Shown piece after piece: positions 11,566 through 23,846 of a stretch of DNA of 64,000 bases. Each line of letters starts with the position of its first letter. Position 1 is the stretch's first letter. Both the position numbers and the translations under genes were made by a program. The notes below the pieces were generated by a model that searched no databases, was not told the DNA's origin, and worked only from the letters and a program-made list of their open reading frames with translations. The stretch comes from Centroscyllium fabricii (taxonomy: Eukaryota), in assembly GCA_051313645.2 (NCBI GenBank), contig JBNRSN020000009.1, forward strand, positions 126,542,001-126,606,000, written 5' to 3'.

Positions 11566-12940
11566 TGCTGTAAGGAGGGATGATATATTAACAGGTTCCT
11601 CTAATGAGGCCATATGAGTAGAGCTCAAAAACAAAAAGGGGGCAGGCACTTTGCTGGGAGTGTACTGTAGGCCCCCAAACAGTCCGGGGGAGATAGAGGA
11701 ACAGGTATGTAGGCAAATCTCAGAGAAGTGTGCAAATAATAGGGTAATAATCATGGGCGATTTCAACTTCCCCAATATTAACTGGGATAGTCAGGGTGTG
11801 AAACGCTTAGAGGGTGCAGAATTCTTAAAGTGCATCCAGGAGAGCTTTTTGAGCCAGCATGTAGAAAGTCCTACAAGAGACGGGGTGGTACTGGACCTAA
11901 TTCTAGGGAATGTGGGCAGGCAAGTGGTAGAAGTGTTAGTAGGAGAGCACTTTGGTGACGGTGACCATAATTCGGTGAGATTTAAGGTAGTCATGGAAAA
12001 GGACAAAGATGGAACGGAAATAAAGGTTCTAAATTGGGGGAAGGCCGATTTTTAATATGATAAGGCAGGATCTGGCTAAAGTGAACTGGGATCAGCTACT
12101 TGTAGGAAAATCCACATCAGAGCAGTGGGAGACTTTCAGAAAGGTAATGGAGAGTACACTAGGGAAGCATGTTCCCGTAAAGGTCAAGGGTGGGACCAAC
12201 AAGCCCAGGGAACCTTGGATGTCAAGGGATATACAAGAATGGATTAGGAAAAAAAGGGGGGCTTTTGGCAGATCCAAAGGACTAAAGACAGAGGAAGCCC
12301 GAGAGGAGTATAAAAAGTGCAGGGGGGTACTTACAAAATAAATTAGGAGAGCGAGGCGGTGCCATGAAATAACACTGGCGAGCAAAATAAAGGAAAATCC
12401 TAAGGTATTTTATAAGTATATTAATGGCAAGAGGATAACTAGGGAAAGAGTAGGGCCCATTCGGGACCAAGTGGCAATCTGTGTGTAGAGCCAGAAGATG
12501 TAGGTGGGGTTTTAAATGAATATTTTGCATGTGTTCACGATGGAGAAGGACGATGTAGACATAGAAATCAGGCAGGGGACTGTGATATACTTGAACATAT
12601 TAGCATCGAGAGGGAGGAGGTACTAGCGGTTTTAGCAGACTTAAAAGTGAATAAATCCCCAGGCCCGGACGAGTTGTATTCCAGGCTGCTGTGCGAGGCA
12701 AAGGAAGAGATTGCACGGGCTCAGACACAAATTTTCTGAATCTCTCTGGCCACAGGGGATGTGCCAGAGGACTGGAGAACAGCTAACGTAGTACCATTAT
12801 TCAAGAAGGGTAGGAGGGATAAACCAGGGAATTACAGGCCAGTGAGCCTAACATCAGTGGTAGGGAAATTATTGGAAAAAATTCTGAGTCACAGAATTAG
12901 TCTCCACTTGGAGAGGCAAACATTAATCAAGGATAGTCAG

Positions 12941-13158
12941 CATAGAGTCATAGAGTAATACAGCACAGAAAGAGGCCCTTCGGCCCATCGCGTCCTTGCT
13001 GCCCATCAATCCCAGTCTATTCTAATCCCCTTTTCCCGCATTTGGTCCGTAGCCTTGTATGCTGTGGCATTTCAAGTGCTCATCCAAATGCTTCTCGTCT
13101 CGTTGTATTGTACTAGTACTCTGCAATGACAATAAAACTTGAATTGAATTGAATTGAA
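12941..13158. mobile_element. Composite insert: CR1 3' tail (minus, 12941-13094) fused to Rex1 3' tail (plus, 13095-13158)
   Basis: Left part is the reverse complement of the CR1 3' UTR. Right part matches the reverse complement of 17190-17252 and ends in (TTGAA)n. Confidence 0.85.
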
Positions 13159-14206
13159 TAGTGGCAAAAGGCAGAGGGTGATGGTCGAAGGTTGTTTTTG
13201 TGACTGGAGGCCTGTGTCCAGTGGGGTACCGCAGAGATCGGTGCTGGGTCCTTTGCTGTTTGTAGTCTACATTAATGATTTGGATATGAATGTAAAAGGT
13301 ATGATCATTAAGTTCGCAGATGACACGAAAATTGGTGGAGTGGTAAATAGCGAGGAGGGAAGCCTCAGTCTGCAGGTTGATATAGATGGGTTGGTCAGAT
13401 GGGTGGAACAATGGCAAATGGAATTTAACCCTGAAAAGTGTGAGATGATGCATTTTGGAAGGACTAACAAGGCAAGGGAATACACAATGAATGGTAAGAC
13501 CCTAGGAAAGACAGAGGATCAGAGGGACCTTGGTATGCATGTACATAGATCCCTGAAGGCAGCAGGAGAGGTGGATAAGGTGGTTAAAAAGGCATATGGG
13601 ATACTTGCCTTCATTAGCCGAGGCATAGAATATAAGAGCAGGGAGGTTATGATGGAGCTGTACAAAACGCTGGTAAGGCCACAGCTGCAGTACTGTGTGC
13701 AGTTCTGGTCGCCACACTTTAGGAAGGATGTAATTGCTTTGGAGAGGGTGCAGAGGAGATTCACCAGGTTGTTACCTGGGCTGGAGCGATTCAGCTATGA
13801 AGAGAGACTGGGCAGGCTGGGGTTGTTTTCCTTGGAGCAAAGAAGGCTGAGGGGGGACTTGATTGAGGTGTACAAAATTATGAGGGGCAGAGATAGGGTA
13901 GATAGAAAGGAACTTTTTCCCTTGGTGGAGGGGTCAGTAACCAGGGGGCATAGTTTCAAGGTACAGGGTTTAGAGGGGATTTGAGTAAGAACTTTTTCAC
14001 CCGAAGAGCGGCTGGAATCTGGAACTCACTGCCTGAAAGGGTGGTAGAAGCAGGAACCCTCACAACATTCAAGAACCATTTAGGTGAGCACTTGAAATGC
14101 CATAGCATACAAGGCTATGGACCAAATGCTGGAAAATGGGATTAGAATCGACAGGGCTTGATGGTCGGCGGGCCTCTTTCTGTGCTGTATAACTCTATGA
14201 CTCTAT

Positions 14207-14925
14207 GGGGGAAAAATTGTTCAGTGCATGTTTTGGGGTGCTAACCTCGGCGCAGCGCTAAAAGTAGCGCCGGAGCCCACGATATTCACTTTAGCGCCGG
14301 CCTTGCAGATTGCAGCACTAAATCAAGCGTTGCACGGGTGCAAACGGCCAATATTCAGTCACTAAGTGGCGAGTGCGGGTGCAGCGCTCCATCTGCCACT
14401 CCTGGCCTTCCCAGCAACGCCGGCGCCGGTCAGCTCTTAAAGGGGAAGGGGAAACAGCATATGATGTCTCCTCACCTCCCTCTGTATCTCTCCTCACCTC
14501 CCTCTCTGTATCTCTCCTCACCTCCCTCTCTGTATCTCCCCTCACCTCCCTCTCTCTCTCTCTGTATCTCTCCTAACCTCCCTCTGTCTGTCTCCGATCT
14601 CCCACAAAATGGCCACCGCACGAAAGGGAGGAAGTGTCTCCCTTTAAAGAACGCCCCAGCGGCCCCACATCACCTCAGCCGCGTTTGTGAAAGCTGGCGC
14701 GGGCAGCACTGTGCGTCAGTTAGGCGGCCGCTCGTCAATTTTGGGTGCAGCCCTGGGGGCGGGCGTTGCACCAGGATATCTGCACTGATTCACGTGTGCC
14801 CAGCAGCGGGCGCCAACAGTTAGCACTGATGGTGTTAGTTTGGCGAATTTTAGGTGCGGCGCAAAAAGCTCTTGCGCCCATTTTCGGGCGTTAATGGGCC
14901 GGCGCGAGTGCGCCAATTTAGCCCC
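14207..14925. mobile_element. GC-rich MITE (TIR GGGG..AAATTG, Harbinger-like) with an internal ~24-bp CT-rich tandem repeat at ~14467-14590
   Basis: GGGGGAAAAATTG ... CAATTTAGCCCC. Sits in the CR1 tail microsatellite. Confidence 0.65.
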
Positions 14926-15910
14926 GTAGGACTCTAACTACAAGGTATTTTCAACTTTTGATTTGAAGAGCGCATACCATAAAGTAACGCTAAAGGACTC
15001 TGACAAAAAGTATACGGCCTTGGAGGCCAATGGTCGGCTTTACCGGTTTTGTCGCCTTCCATTTGGGGTCACCAATGGCGTGGCCGTCTTTCAACGGGCA
15101 ATGGATAGCCTAGTTAAACAGGAGAACTTAACAGACACTTTCCCATATCTAGATAATATCACCATTGCTGGTCATGGCCAAAAGGAGCATGATGCCAACC
15201 TCCAGAAATTTTTTGGCGTTCTCAGTCGTCTCAACGTAACCTTAATGAGTCCAAATCGGTGAAATCAGTACCATCAGTCAACATCCTAGGCTACTGGGTG
15301 GGCAACGGTGTTATCAAGCCGGGCCCGGAGCGACTTCGTCCACTTCAGGAGCTCCCTCCCCCTATAAATCTCGGTTCTCTTCGCCGGACACTCGGCATGT
15401 TTGCCTATTATGCGAAGTGGATACCCCACTTCTCCGACAAAATCCAGCCCCTGCTTCATGCGAAGTCTTTTCCGTTGGAGGCAACGGCTATTTCAGCTTT
15501 CAACCTCCTCATGCGACAACTGGAAAAAGCCACGCTTTACTCCATTGATGAAAATCTTCCTTTTGTGGTCGAGTGCGATGCATTCGAGGTGGCGATCTCG
15601 GCTAACTTGAATCAAGGTGGTTGACCCGTTGCATTTCTGTCCAGAACTTTTCAGGGTAGCAAGCTCCATTATCCTCCTGTCGAGAAGGAGACCACGGCCA
15701 TCATCGAAGCTGTACATCAATGGAGTAATTTTCTCGCTCGTCGTCATTTCATACTTCTAACTGATCAGCACTCCGTGGCCCTTTTGCTGGATAACCGGTA
15801 ATGCACCAAGATCAAGAATAACAAAATACAACTCGAGGTTGGAATTGGTCGTCTTTGGATACACGATACGTTATCGACCTGGCAAAGAGAATGTGGCCCC
15901 GGATACCCGC

Positions 15911-16188
15911 TGACGTATCGTCAATTTACTCAATAAAGTCAAAGACGAGTAGTGACCTTAAACTACAGGCTTTTATTGACTTATTTTGGAGCTATACTCC
16001 GAACGAACAAACAGGAACAGAATGAGTGAGCCCGGTCAGTCCTCACCTATAAAGGGCCTCACCTGGGGGAGGAGTTAGAGGTGTGGCTGACCTGGCTCCA
16101 CGACAGTGTTGCAACATGGTTAACTTATACAAGGCAATATTGGCAACAATATTGTAGTGGTAAACTATGTACAATTACAGTTACCACA
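15911..16188 (-). mobile_element. Solo LTR related to the LTR of Gypsy C (60970-61252)
   Basis: Reverse strand reads TGTGGTAA...GACGATACGTCA like 60970-61252. 5-bp TSD CCCGC at 15906-15910 and 16189-16193. Confidence 0.88.
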
Positions 16189-17189
16189 CCCGCACACGGG
16201 CATTCTGCTCATCTAGGTCAACTTCGACTCTCGCGGATCTTCATGTTGATTTATGCCATCCTGGCGCCACAAGAAAAATGACACCGTATCACCAATCGGT
16301 AACAGACAGGTTGAGAGTTACAACGCTATCATTTGGAACGCTGTTCGTCTGGCACGGAGGTCACGCAATCTACCAGATCACCAGTGGGAACCTGTGCTCC
16401 CTGACGTGTTGCATTCCATCAGGTCTCATCTTTGCACATCCACCAATGTCACACCTCACAAGCGGTTCTTCAAGTTGCAGCGTCGCTCTACACGTGGGAT
16501 GTCCCTACCGTCGTGGTTGGCAGCTCCCAGCCCCGTGCTGCTCCAGAGATTCATCCGATCCGCCAAGAACGATCCCCTCATCGATGAGGTGGAGTTAATG
16601 CATGTAAATCCCACTTACGCGCACATGCGGTACCCTGATGGTCGGGAGTCCACCATCTCGCTCAGAGCTCTGGCTCCCTGTCCAACCGCTCCCAAACAAT
16701 AGAGGATCCCACGATAATGATGCCAACGCTCTGCGCTCCTATGACGATGATGCTCTACCTGGGACATAGTGATCTCTGCCGGCTGCTCCACTGGATCAAC
16801 TCAAGGAGCAGAGCGCTCCCCATGGGAGGGCCACCCGAAACCAGGATGCCGGTCAACCCCTGGCTACGGAACAAAATGAAGCCAGCTCTGTGCCTGTGGG
16901 GACCCGCACCCGGAGTCCCGATCGCTCCAGTCTCCCTCAGATCGATCAAGACAACACGGGCTCTGCCGACCTATCGATGCGGACCAAGCAACCCAGGGAT
17001 CAAGACACACTCCAGGGAGACGTGCCTTCCGGACATAAACAAAGCGCAAAAAGACTGCGGATATTTTTGGTCCACCTAATCCATTAAAAGGAAGACATCA
17101 GACTTCCAAATCTTTAGTGAGGAAGAATGTCATAAATCTTCGGATCCATGAGGTATGACTCATGAAGTAACACTGGACAGCCAGCTGGT

Positions 17190-20100
17190 TCAATTCAATT
17201 GAATTCAAGTTTTATTGTCATTGCAGAGTACTAGTACAATACAACGAGACGAAGACTCGACTCTCCCGAGGGTAGTGCAAATAAATTACATGCAAATTGC
17301 ATACAGTAAAGTACATTATCAGGCGTGCAGGTACCGGAGCTTATTTTCAGAGTTCAGGAGGCCGACAGCCCTGGGGAAGAAGCTGTTCTGAAATCTAGTC
17401 GTGCGGGTGCGAATTGCTCTGTAGCGTCTCCCGGAGGGCAGGGGGGCGAACAGACTGTGGCTGGGGTGTGTGGGGTCTTTAATAATGTTCAGAGACCTCC
17501 GTAAGCAGCGTTTGAGGTAGATGCTTTCCATTGACGGTAGCTGTGTACCGGTGATTCGTTGGGCAGTTTTGACTACCCGCTGCAGGGTTTTCCGGTCCGA
17601 GATAGTGCAATTTCCATACCAGACAGTGATGCAGCTTGTCAGTATGCTTTCTATTGTGCAGCGGTAGAAGTTGGAGAAGATGCCGGATGACAGCCTGGCT
17701 TTCTTCGGCTTCCTTAGGAAGTACAGGTGCTGTTGGGCCTTCTTAACCAGAGAGGAGGTGTTTAGTGACCAGGAGAGATCTTCCGAGATGTGGACCCCGA
17801 GGAACTTGAAGCTGGACACCCTTTCCACCTCAGCCCCTTGGATGAAGATGGGGGTGTGTCTTCTGCTTCCAGTCCTCCGGAAGTCCACTATGATCTCCTT
17901 AGTTTTCTTGGTGTTCAGTGCCAGGTTGTTGTCGGCACACCAACCCACAAGGCGCTGGATCTCATCCCTGTAGGCTGACTCGTCGTTGTTGGTGATCTGG
18001 CCAACCACCGTGGTGTCATCCGCAAACTTGATGATCGTGTTGGAGCCATGGACAGCCGCACAGCCGTGAGTGAAGAGGGAGTAGAGGAGGGGGCTCAGCA
18101 CACAGCCTTGTGGGGCCCCCGTGTTCAGGGTAAGGGGGGGGAGGTGAGGTTGCCTAACTTCACAGACTGTGGTCTGTTGGTTAGGAAGTCCAGGGTCCAG
18201 TTGCAGAGGGAGGTGTTCAGGCCGAGGGTGAGGAGTTTGTTAGACAATTTGCTGGGGACGATGGTGTTGAATGCTGAGCTGTAGTCAATAAACAGCATTC
18301 TGATATACGTATCTTTGCTATCCAGGTGGTTTAGTGCAGAGTGAAGAGCCGTAGTGATAGCATCTTCTGTAGATCTGTTCCCACGGTAGGCGAACTGGTA
18401 TTGGTCCAGGGCGGCGGGGATGCTGGCTTTGATGTGGGCCAGGACCAGCCGCTCGAAACACTTCATGATAATGGGTGTAAGTGCAACAGGGCGGTAGTCG
18501 TTCAGGCACGTCACGGCCGTTTTCTTGGGCACAGGGATGATGGTGGCGGTCTTGAAGCAGGTAGGGACAGCTGCCTTCGCCAGTGACAGGTTGAAGATGT
18601 CAGTGAAGACTTCAGCCAGTTGGTCGGCACATTCTTTGAGTGCCCGGCCGGGGATGCCATCAGGACCCGCGGCCTTCCGTGCGTTCACTCTACGTAGAGC
18701 ACCTCTAATGTCGGAGCAGGACAGTGTTAATGGCTGGTCTTCCGGGGATTGCAGGACTTTGGTGGCTGGCTCCCTGTTGTCCCTGTCGAAGCGAGCGTAG
18801 AAGTTGTTGAGTTCCTCCGGTAGGGAGGCATCGCCGGTCGGGGGGCTGGTGTTTCTGCACTTGTAGTCCGTGATGGATTGTATGCCTTGCCACATACGTC
18901 GAGGGTCCGAGTTGTTGTGAAAGTGTTCCTCTATCTTCAGTGTCTGATTTTGTTTGGCAGACCTGATACCCCTCTTTAGGTTGGCCCTGGCTGTGCTGTA
19001 AGCCGCCACATCCCCAGATTTGAAAGCTGTGTCACGCGCCTTCAGCAGCGAGCGGACCTCCCCGTTCATCCAGGGTTTCTGGTTGGGGAATGTCTTGATG
19101 GTTTTTTGGGTAGTGACCACCTCGACACAGCTGTTGATGTAAAAAAGCACTGTAGATGCGTATTCCTCGATGTCCGTGTGAGCGAACATGCTCCATTCAG
19201 TGCATTCGAAGCAGTCTTGTAGCTCTGAGACTGCCCCTTCTGGACATACCCTGACTGTTTTGGCTGAAGCTTTCACCCTTTTGATGAGTGGTTTGTATGC
19301 CGGGGCGAGGAACAGTGAAAGGTGGTCGGAATTCCCGAGGTGGGGGCACGGGATGGCTTTGTAAGCCTCTGCAATGTTGGTGTAGACCTGGTCCAGCGTG
19401 TTCTCGCCCCTCGTGGGGCAGGAGACATTCTTGTGAAATTTTGGTAGCACCGATTTGAGGTTAGCGTGGTTGAAGTCCCCCGCCACGATAAAGGCTCCCT
19501 CCGGATGCGCGGTCTGCTGCTCGCTGATGGCCCTGTGGAGATCTTTGAGTGCCAGTTTGGCATTTGCGTGTGGAGGGATGTAGACCGCAGTGAAGATGAC
19601 GGCCGTAAATTCCCGAGGCAGGTAGAAGGGTCTGCACTTAACAGTGAGGAATTCCAGATTGGCGGAGCAGGAACTTTCGATCAGTTCTGCGTTCGTGCCC
19701 CAGGCGTTGTTCGTGTAGATGCACAGGCCGCCTCCCTTGCTCTTACCGGAGTCGGCGGTTCTGTCGGCGCGGAAGACCGTGTGACCCGCCAGCTGGATGG
19801 CGGAGTCAGGAATGCCATCGTTCAGCCAGGTCTCTGTTAAGATCATGGCGCAGCATTCCTTGATCCTGGTCTGTGTGGAGAGGCCAAGTTTAATTTCACC
19901 AATTTTACTCCCTGGGGACCTGACATTGGCCAGGTAGATGCTGGGCAGAGAGGGTTTGAGAGGAGCCCTATTCAGCCTGCTGAGGGTCCCTGCTCTCTTA
20001 CCTCTCTTCTGCCTGCGTTCCCTTCTGTGCCTCCGACGGCCCCCCGCTGGGCTCCACGCTGCCGCTGCAGCTTTCTTGTTAATTTCAGCTGGGAGATCGA

Positions 20101-20286
20101 GAACGTGATCTCCCAGTGAAAGTGCTCCACAGCCAGCCCCGATATCGAGAAGGGCTTGCCTGCTGTAACGGAGGTCTGCTCTCGTTTTCCTAGAGAGCAG
20201 ACCTAGGATGATTACGATGTAGATGAAGAAGTGAAGAAATTGTCTCGGGAGAGACAAAGCCGCTGCGATCGTGCGCGCCGCCATTT
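17190..20286 (-). mobile_element. Apparently full-length Rex1/Babar non-LTR retrotransposon (APE endonuclease plus RT) inserted in the 3' LTR of Gypsy A
   Basis: ORFs 18125-20284 and 17319-18101 are joined by one frameshift in a C/G run near 18135. Motifs [41 protein letters not shown]. (TTGAA)n tail. TSD TGGT at 17186-17189 and 20287-20290. Confidence 0.92.
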
Positions 20287-21349
20287 TGGTGGCGCTGTCC
20301 AAGGAGTATAAATACTCGGGCGTGGGCCCAGCTTGCCCAGAGATAATTTGGGAAACAGGAACTAGTGACTGTTAACTAGAGCTCCATATTTTGAAACAAG
20401 TAGATTAAAGCCTTGCTTTATACTCAAACCAAGTAGTGAGTTTTATTATGTCACCAATGATATGTAGTATTAACAAAAGAGATAAAAGAAACAAGGACAG
20501 GTGAGATGGACTGTAATGGCCTTTTCGGCTACTGCACATTCTTGTGACCCACAAACCCAACAGACATTAAGTGCCATGTTTGAGAAACTTCAGGTTAATT
20601 TATGTTAAGATGTTGCAATTAAGCTAAATCACTGCACAAGAGGTTAAATCCACACAACCTATCTGGGAAAGCATTTTTGACTCAATAGCCAAGAATGGAC
20701 AAAGTGACTTTTAGAATTGCGTTCGTAGCATACCATATTAGTTTGAGACAATGGGGTTTTGTAAAGACATTCGAATGACATTTATGCACATAATGTTGGA
20801 ATAACCTCATTCATTTCAGCTCAGCAGGAGGTAGCTGCCGTGGGATACACATCCAGGATAGCAGTTGCAGGTTTAATTGGCAGCTCAACTGGACAGCCTC
20901 TGACATTGAGAACTGTCAAGTTTTTGGCTTCCTGTTGAGCTCAAACAAGGACAGTTTTAAGTTTAAATGGGAATCACTCTCTTTCAAACGTTCACGTACC
21001 TAGTTTCAAAGACTGCTTGTTTAACAGGTTGTTATGTTTTAGCATTTTGTGACAATTTTTCCAGAGATAGGATGTGGGGGGGGGAAAGGTCACTTTTGAT
21101 GTTTTTTAAAAATGGAGATGAGTTAATAAAATGCTGAACAGCAGCTAGTTAACATGCTGATGAGGTACCTTTGATGTTATTTTCCCATAGACAGGAAATT
21201 TGTTAGGCTATCTTGACAATTGGAAAACACATCACACATCCATTGTATCTTTTCATTTATATCCCTTCTTCTTAAACCTTGCACAGAGAGATATGATATA
21301 GGGGCTAAAATATAGGCTTGCAGGGGAGTACGCACAATGAAAAGTCTTA

Positions 21350-22344
21350 GAGGGAAAAATTCGGTTGGTTGCGCCTCCCGTTAGCGCCTTAGGAGGGCGC
21401 TAATGGGGACGCAAAGCAACTAGCGCCTGGGTGAGGCGAGTATAGCGCCGCTCGGGAAATTGATGAGACTTCTTGTGGCGGCGCTAAACAATACCGCCAC
21501 GACCTCCTGCGCCGGCAGATTGTGACGTCATTGGAGTGCGCAACGCTTCGGTAGCGCCCCGGACCGGATTTTGAGTGGCACCCCCTGCCTTACCGCTATC
21601 AACGACAGGTTGAGGGAAGCGTTCTTCAGTCAGAAAGGGACTGGGGAGCGCTATTTAAAGGTGACTGCTTCCTGCCTTTTTTTGTTGGTGACATTTTTAC
21701 ACCACACATTCTGAGAGAGAGAGAGAGAGAGAGACTTCTGGAGAGATTCAACACTGTGTGAAGGAGTTTTGGGTACTGAGCTGTACTTTGCAGGTTCATT
21801 TTGATTTGCCCTTCCTTGTATCGATTTAGAAGAGAATGTGGGGGCTGCACTCTCAGCTCTTTCCCTGGGTCTCTCCATTGTTCTTTCCAGCAGATTTGAT
21901 GTACCTGTCTCTCCAGGCCAAGATTCAAGGCTGCAATGAGCAGGATGTCGATGGAGAGCAAGATCAACCCTCCCCTTTAAGATAAAAACAGAAAATGCTG
22001 GAGAAACTCAGCAGGTCAAGCAGCAACTGTGAAGAGAGAAACAGAGTTAACTTCTCAGGTCGATGACCATTCGTCAGAACTCTCCTTTAAGAATTGGACA
22101 GTGCCAGTGTGTCTGTGTTCCATTGTTGACTGACATCACATGAGCCAGCGCTCTGAGGCAACGCCTCGCTCCTCGGCCTTTGCGTCTTAACAGAGGTGTG
22201 TAGCGCCTGATTTAGCGCTCCAATCACCTCCAGGGGTGATAAAAGCCAAATTTGCAGTTGGAGACGATAATTTGCGCCAGGCGCTAAATTTAGCGCTGCG
22301 CCGAGTATAGCGCCCCAAACGGGGCGATACCGAATTTTTCCCCC
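21350..22344. mobile_element. MITE (TIR G.GGGAAAAATTCGGT), Harbinger-like
   Basis: AGGGAAAAATTCGGT ... ACCGAATTTTTCCCC. Rich in TAGCGCC motifs like 14207-14925. Confidence 0.65.
21983..22080 (-). mobile_element. Short Penelope terminal fragment with degenerate hammerhead motif, inside the MITE
   Basis: Homologous to 57907-58003 and 59275-59366. Flanked by a TC(C/T)CCTTTAAGA duplication. Confidence 0.7.
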
Positions 22345-23116
22345 ACGTTGTTTATCTCTCCCCACACCGCCTGCCCCCCACCCCCAGCCACATGCTATTT
22401 GAAAATTAGTTATTGGGCAGTAACAGGTAAACTCCTCATAAGGGATATGTACGTTTGGTAATGCTGAACCCCAGAAAATATAGAGTGCAGACCCAAAACT
22501 TGTAAAACTGTTTACAATCAACTTGATGTGGTGAAATGTCACAGGCCAGAGCGGTTACAGGCTAAAATTAACATAAGTATTTACTTACAAAGGAAAGCAG
22601 GCAAAGAAGCGTTAGAGTTAGGATTAGGCAGCACTGGGGCAGCATATTAATCAATCGTAAAAGGTCCTCTTACTTTCCCACAAGGGGCAGGGGATGAATT
22701 ACCTTCATCAGAAAATTCAAAAGGGAACAATTTTTCAACACAATGTTTCTGGATAGGAACAGCTTTCCTTTGTCTTCGTTTCTCTGTACAATGCTTTGTT
22801 GATCATTTTGTTCCATGGCTAAGATTCAGAGATGAACTCCTTTCTGTTGTCAAGGACTATCCTTGTATCCAATACGGCAGAACTGCTCAAGTATGCTCTA
22901 TAAAAATTTGATGGGGGCGGGTGCCCCCTTTTTTTGGGTTCTACGCTAGATATTCTCTTTAGTGTTACCGGTCACTCTCAAGTGGATCTCGCGATTATTA
23001 TGGACCAGAGAGTGTGTTTTTACCAGCCCAATATCTGGGTAAATAGTGAGACTCAGGAATCAAACAGAGAACTTTTGCCAACTTACAATTTACTGGAATA
23101 TATCAAATGATCTTGT

Positions 23117-23846
23117 CTAAGAAAGACAGAGGATCAGAGGGACCTTGGTGTGCATATACATAGATCCCTGAAGGCAGCAAGACCGGTAGATAAGGTGGTT
23201 AAAAAGGCATATGGGATACTTATATTCTATGCCTCGGCTAATGAAGGCAAGAGCAGGGAGGTTATGATGGAGCTGTACAAAACGCTGGTAAGACCACAGC
23301 TGGAATACTGTGTGCAGTTCTGGTCGCCACACTATAGGAAGGATGTGATTGCTTTGGAGAGGGTGCAGAGGAGATTCACCAGGATGTTACCTGGGCTGGA
23401 GCGCTTCAGCTATGAAGAGAGACTGGACAGGCTGGGGTTGTTTCCTTGGAGCAGAGAAGGCTGAGGGGGGACCTGATTGAGGTGTACAAAATTATGAGGG
23501 GCAGAGATAGGGTAGATAGAAATGAACTTTTTCCCTAAGTAAAGGGGTCAATAACAAGGGGGCATAGTTTCAAGGTTAGGGGCAGGAGGTTTAGGGGGGA
23601 TTTGAAGAGGAACTTTTTCACCCAGAGGGTGGTTGGAGTCTGGAACCCGCTGCTTGAAAGGGTGGTAGAGGCAGGAACCCTCAACATTTAAGAGGCATTT
23701 GGATGAGCACTTGAGATGCCATAACATACAAGGCTACGGACCAAATGCTGGAAAATGGGATTAAAATAGAAAGGGTTTGATGGCCGACGCAGACACGATG
23801 GGCCGAAGGACCTCTTTCCGTGTTGTGTCACTCTATGACTCTATGA
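23117..23846 (+). mobile_element. 5'-truncated CR1 LINE with a 27-bp internal inversion
   Basis: KTLVRPQLEYCVQFWSPH, tail CTCTATGACTCTATGA. Confidence 0.9.

Larger units (their letters stand above)
8863..14935 (+). mobile_element. Near full-length CR1 LINE inserted in Gypsy A RT (ORF1 zinc finger plus SGNH esterase; disrupted ORF2 EN-RT)
   Basis: ORF1 8935-~9870: CSSC...CWKC, GDSIVRG, VVHIGTND. ORF2: YFNARSL, ETWL, GDFNFP, NYRPVSLTS, KFADDTK. Tail CTCTATGACTCTAT at ~14193. Gypsy RT resumes at ~14936. Confidence 0.9.
5929..20453 (+). mobile_element. Ty3/Gypsy LTR retrotransposon A (degenerate gag-PR-RT-RH-IN), expanded by nested insertions
   Basis: TG...CA LTRs at 5929-6157 and 17128-20453 (the latter split by Rex1). 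5-bp TSD CCAAT at 5924-5928 and 20454-20458. gag from ATG 6260 (RQQPGESLDEF); protease ALIDSCS ~7250; RT SPWRAQVVV ~8715 and LPFGVTNG/YLDN ~15055-15157; RH VVECDA; truncated IN 16194-16702; PPT 17116-17127. Confidence 0.93.

Noticed and set aside
20287-20302. ATG at 20302 as start of the Rex1 ORF
   Set aside because: It lies in the flanking LTR outside the TGGT TSD; the first element-encoded ATG is at 20284.
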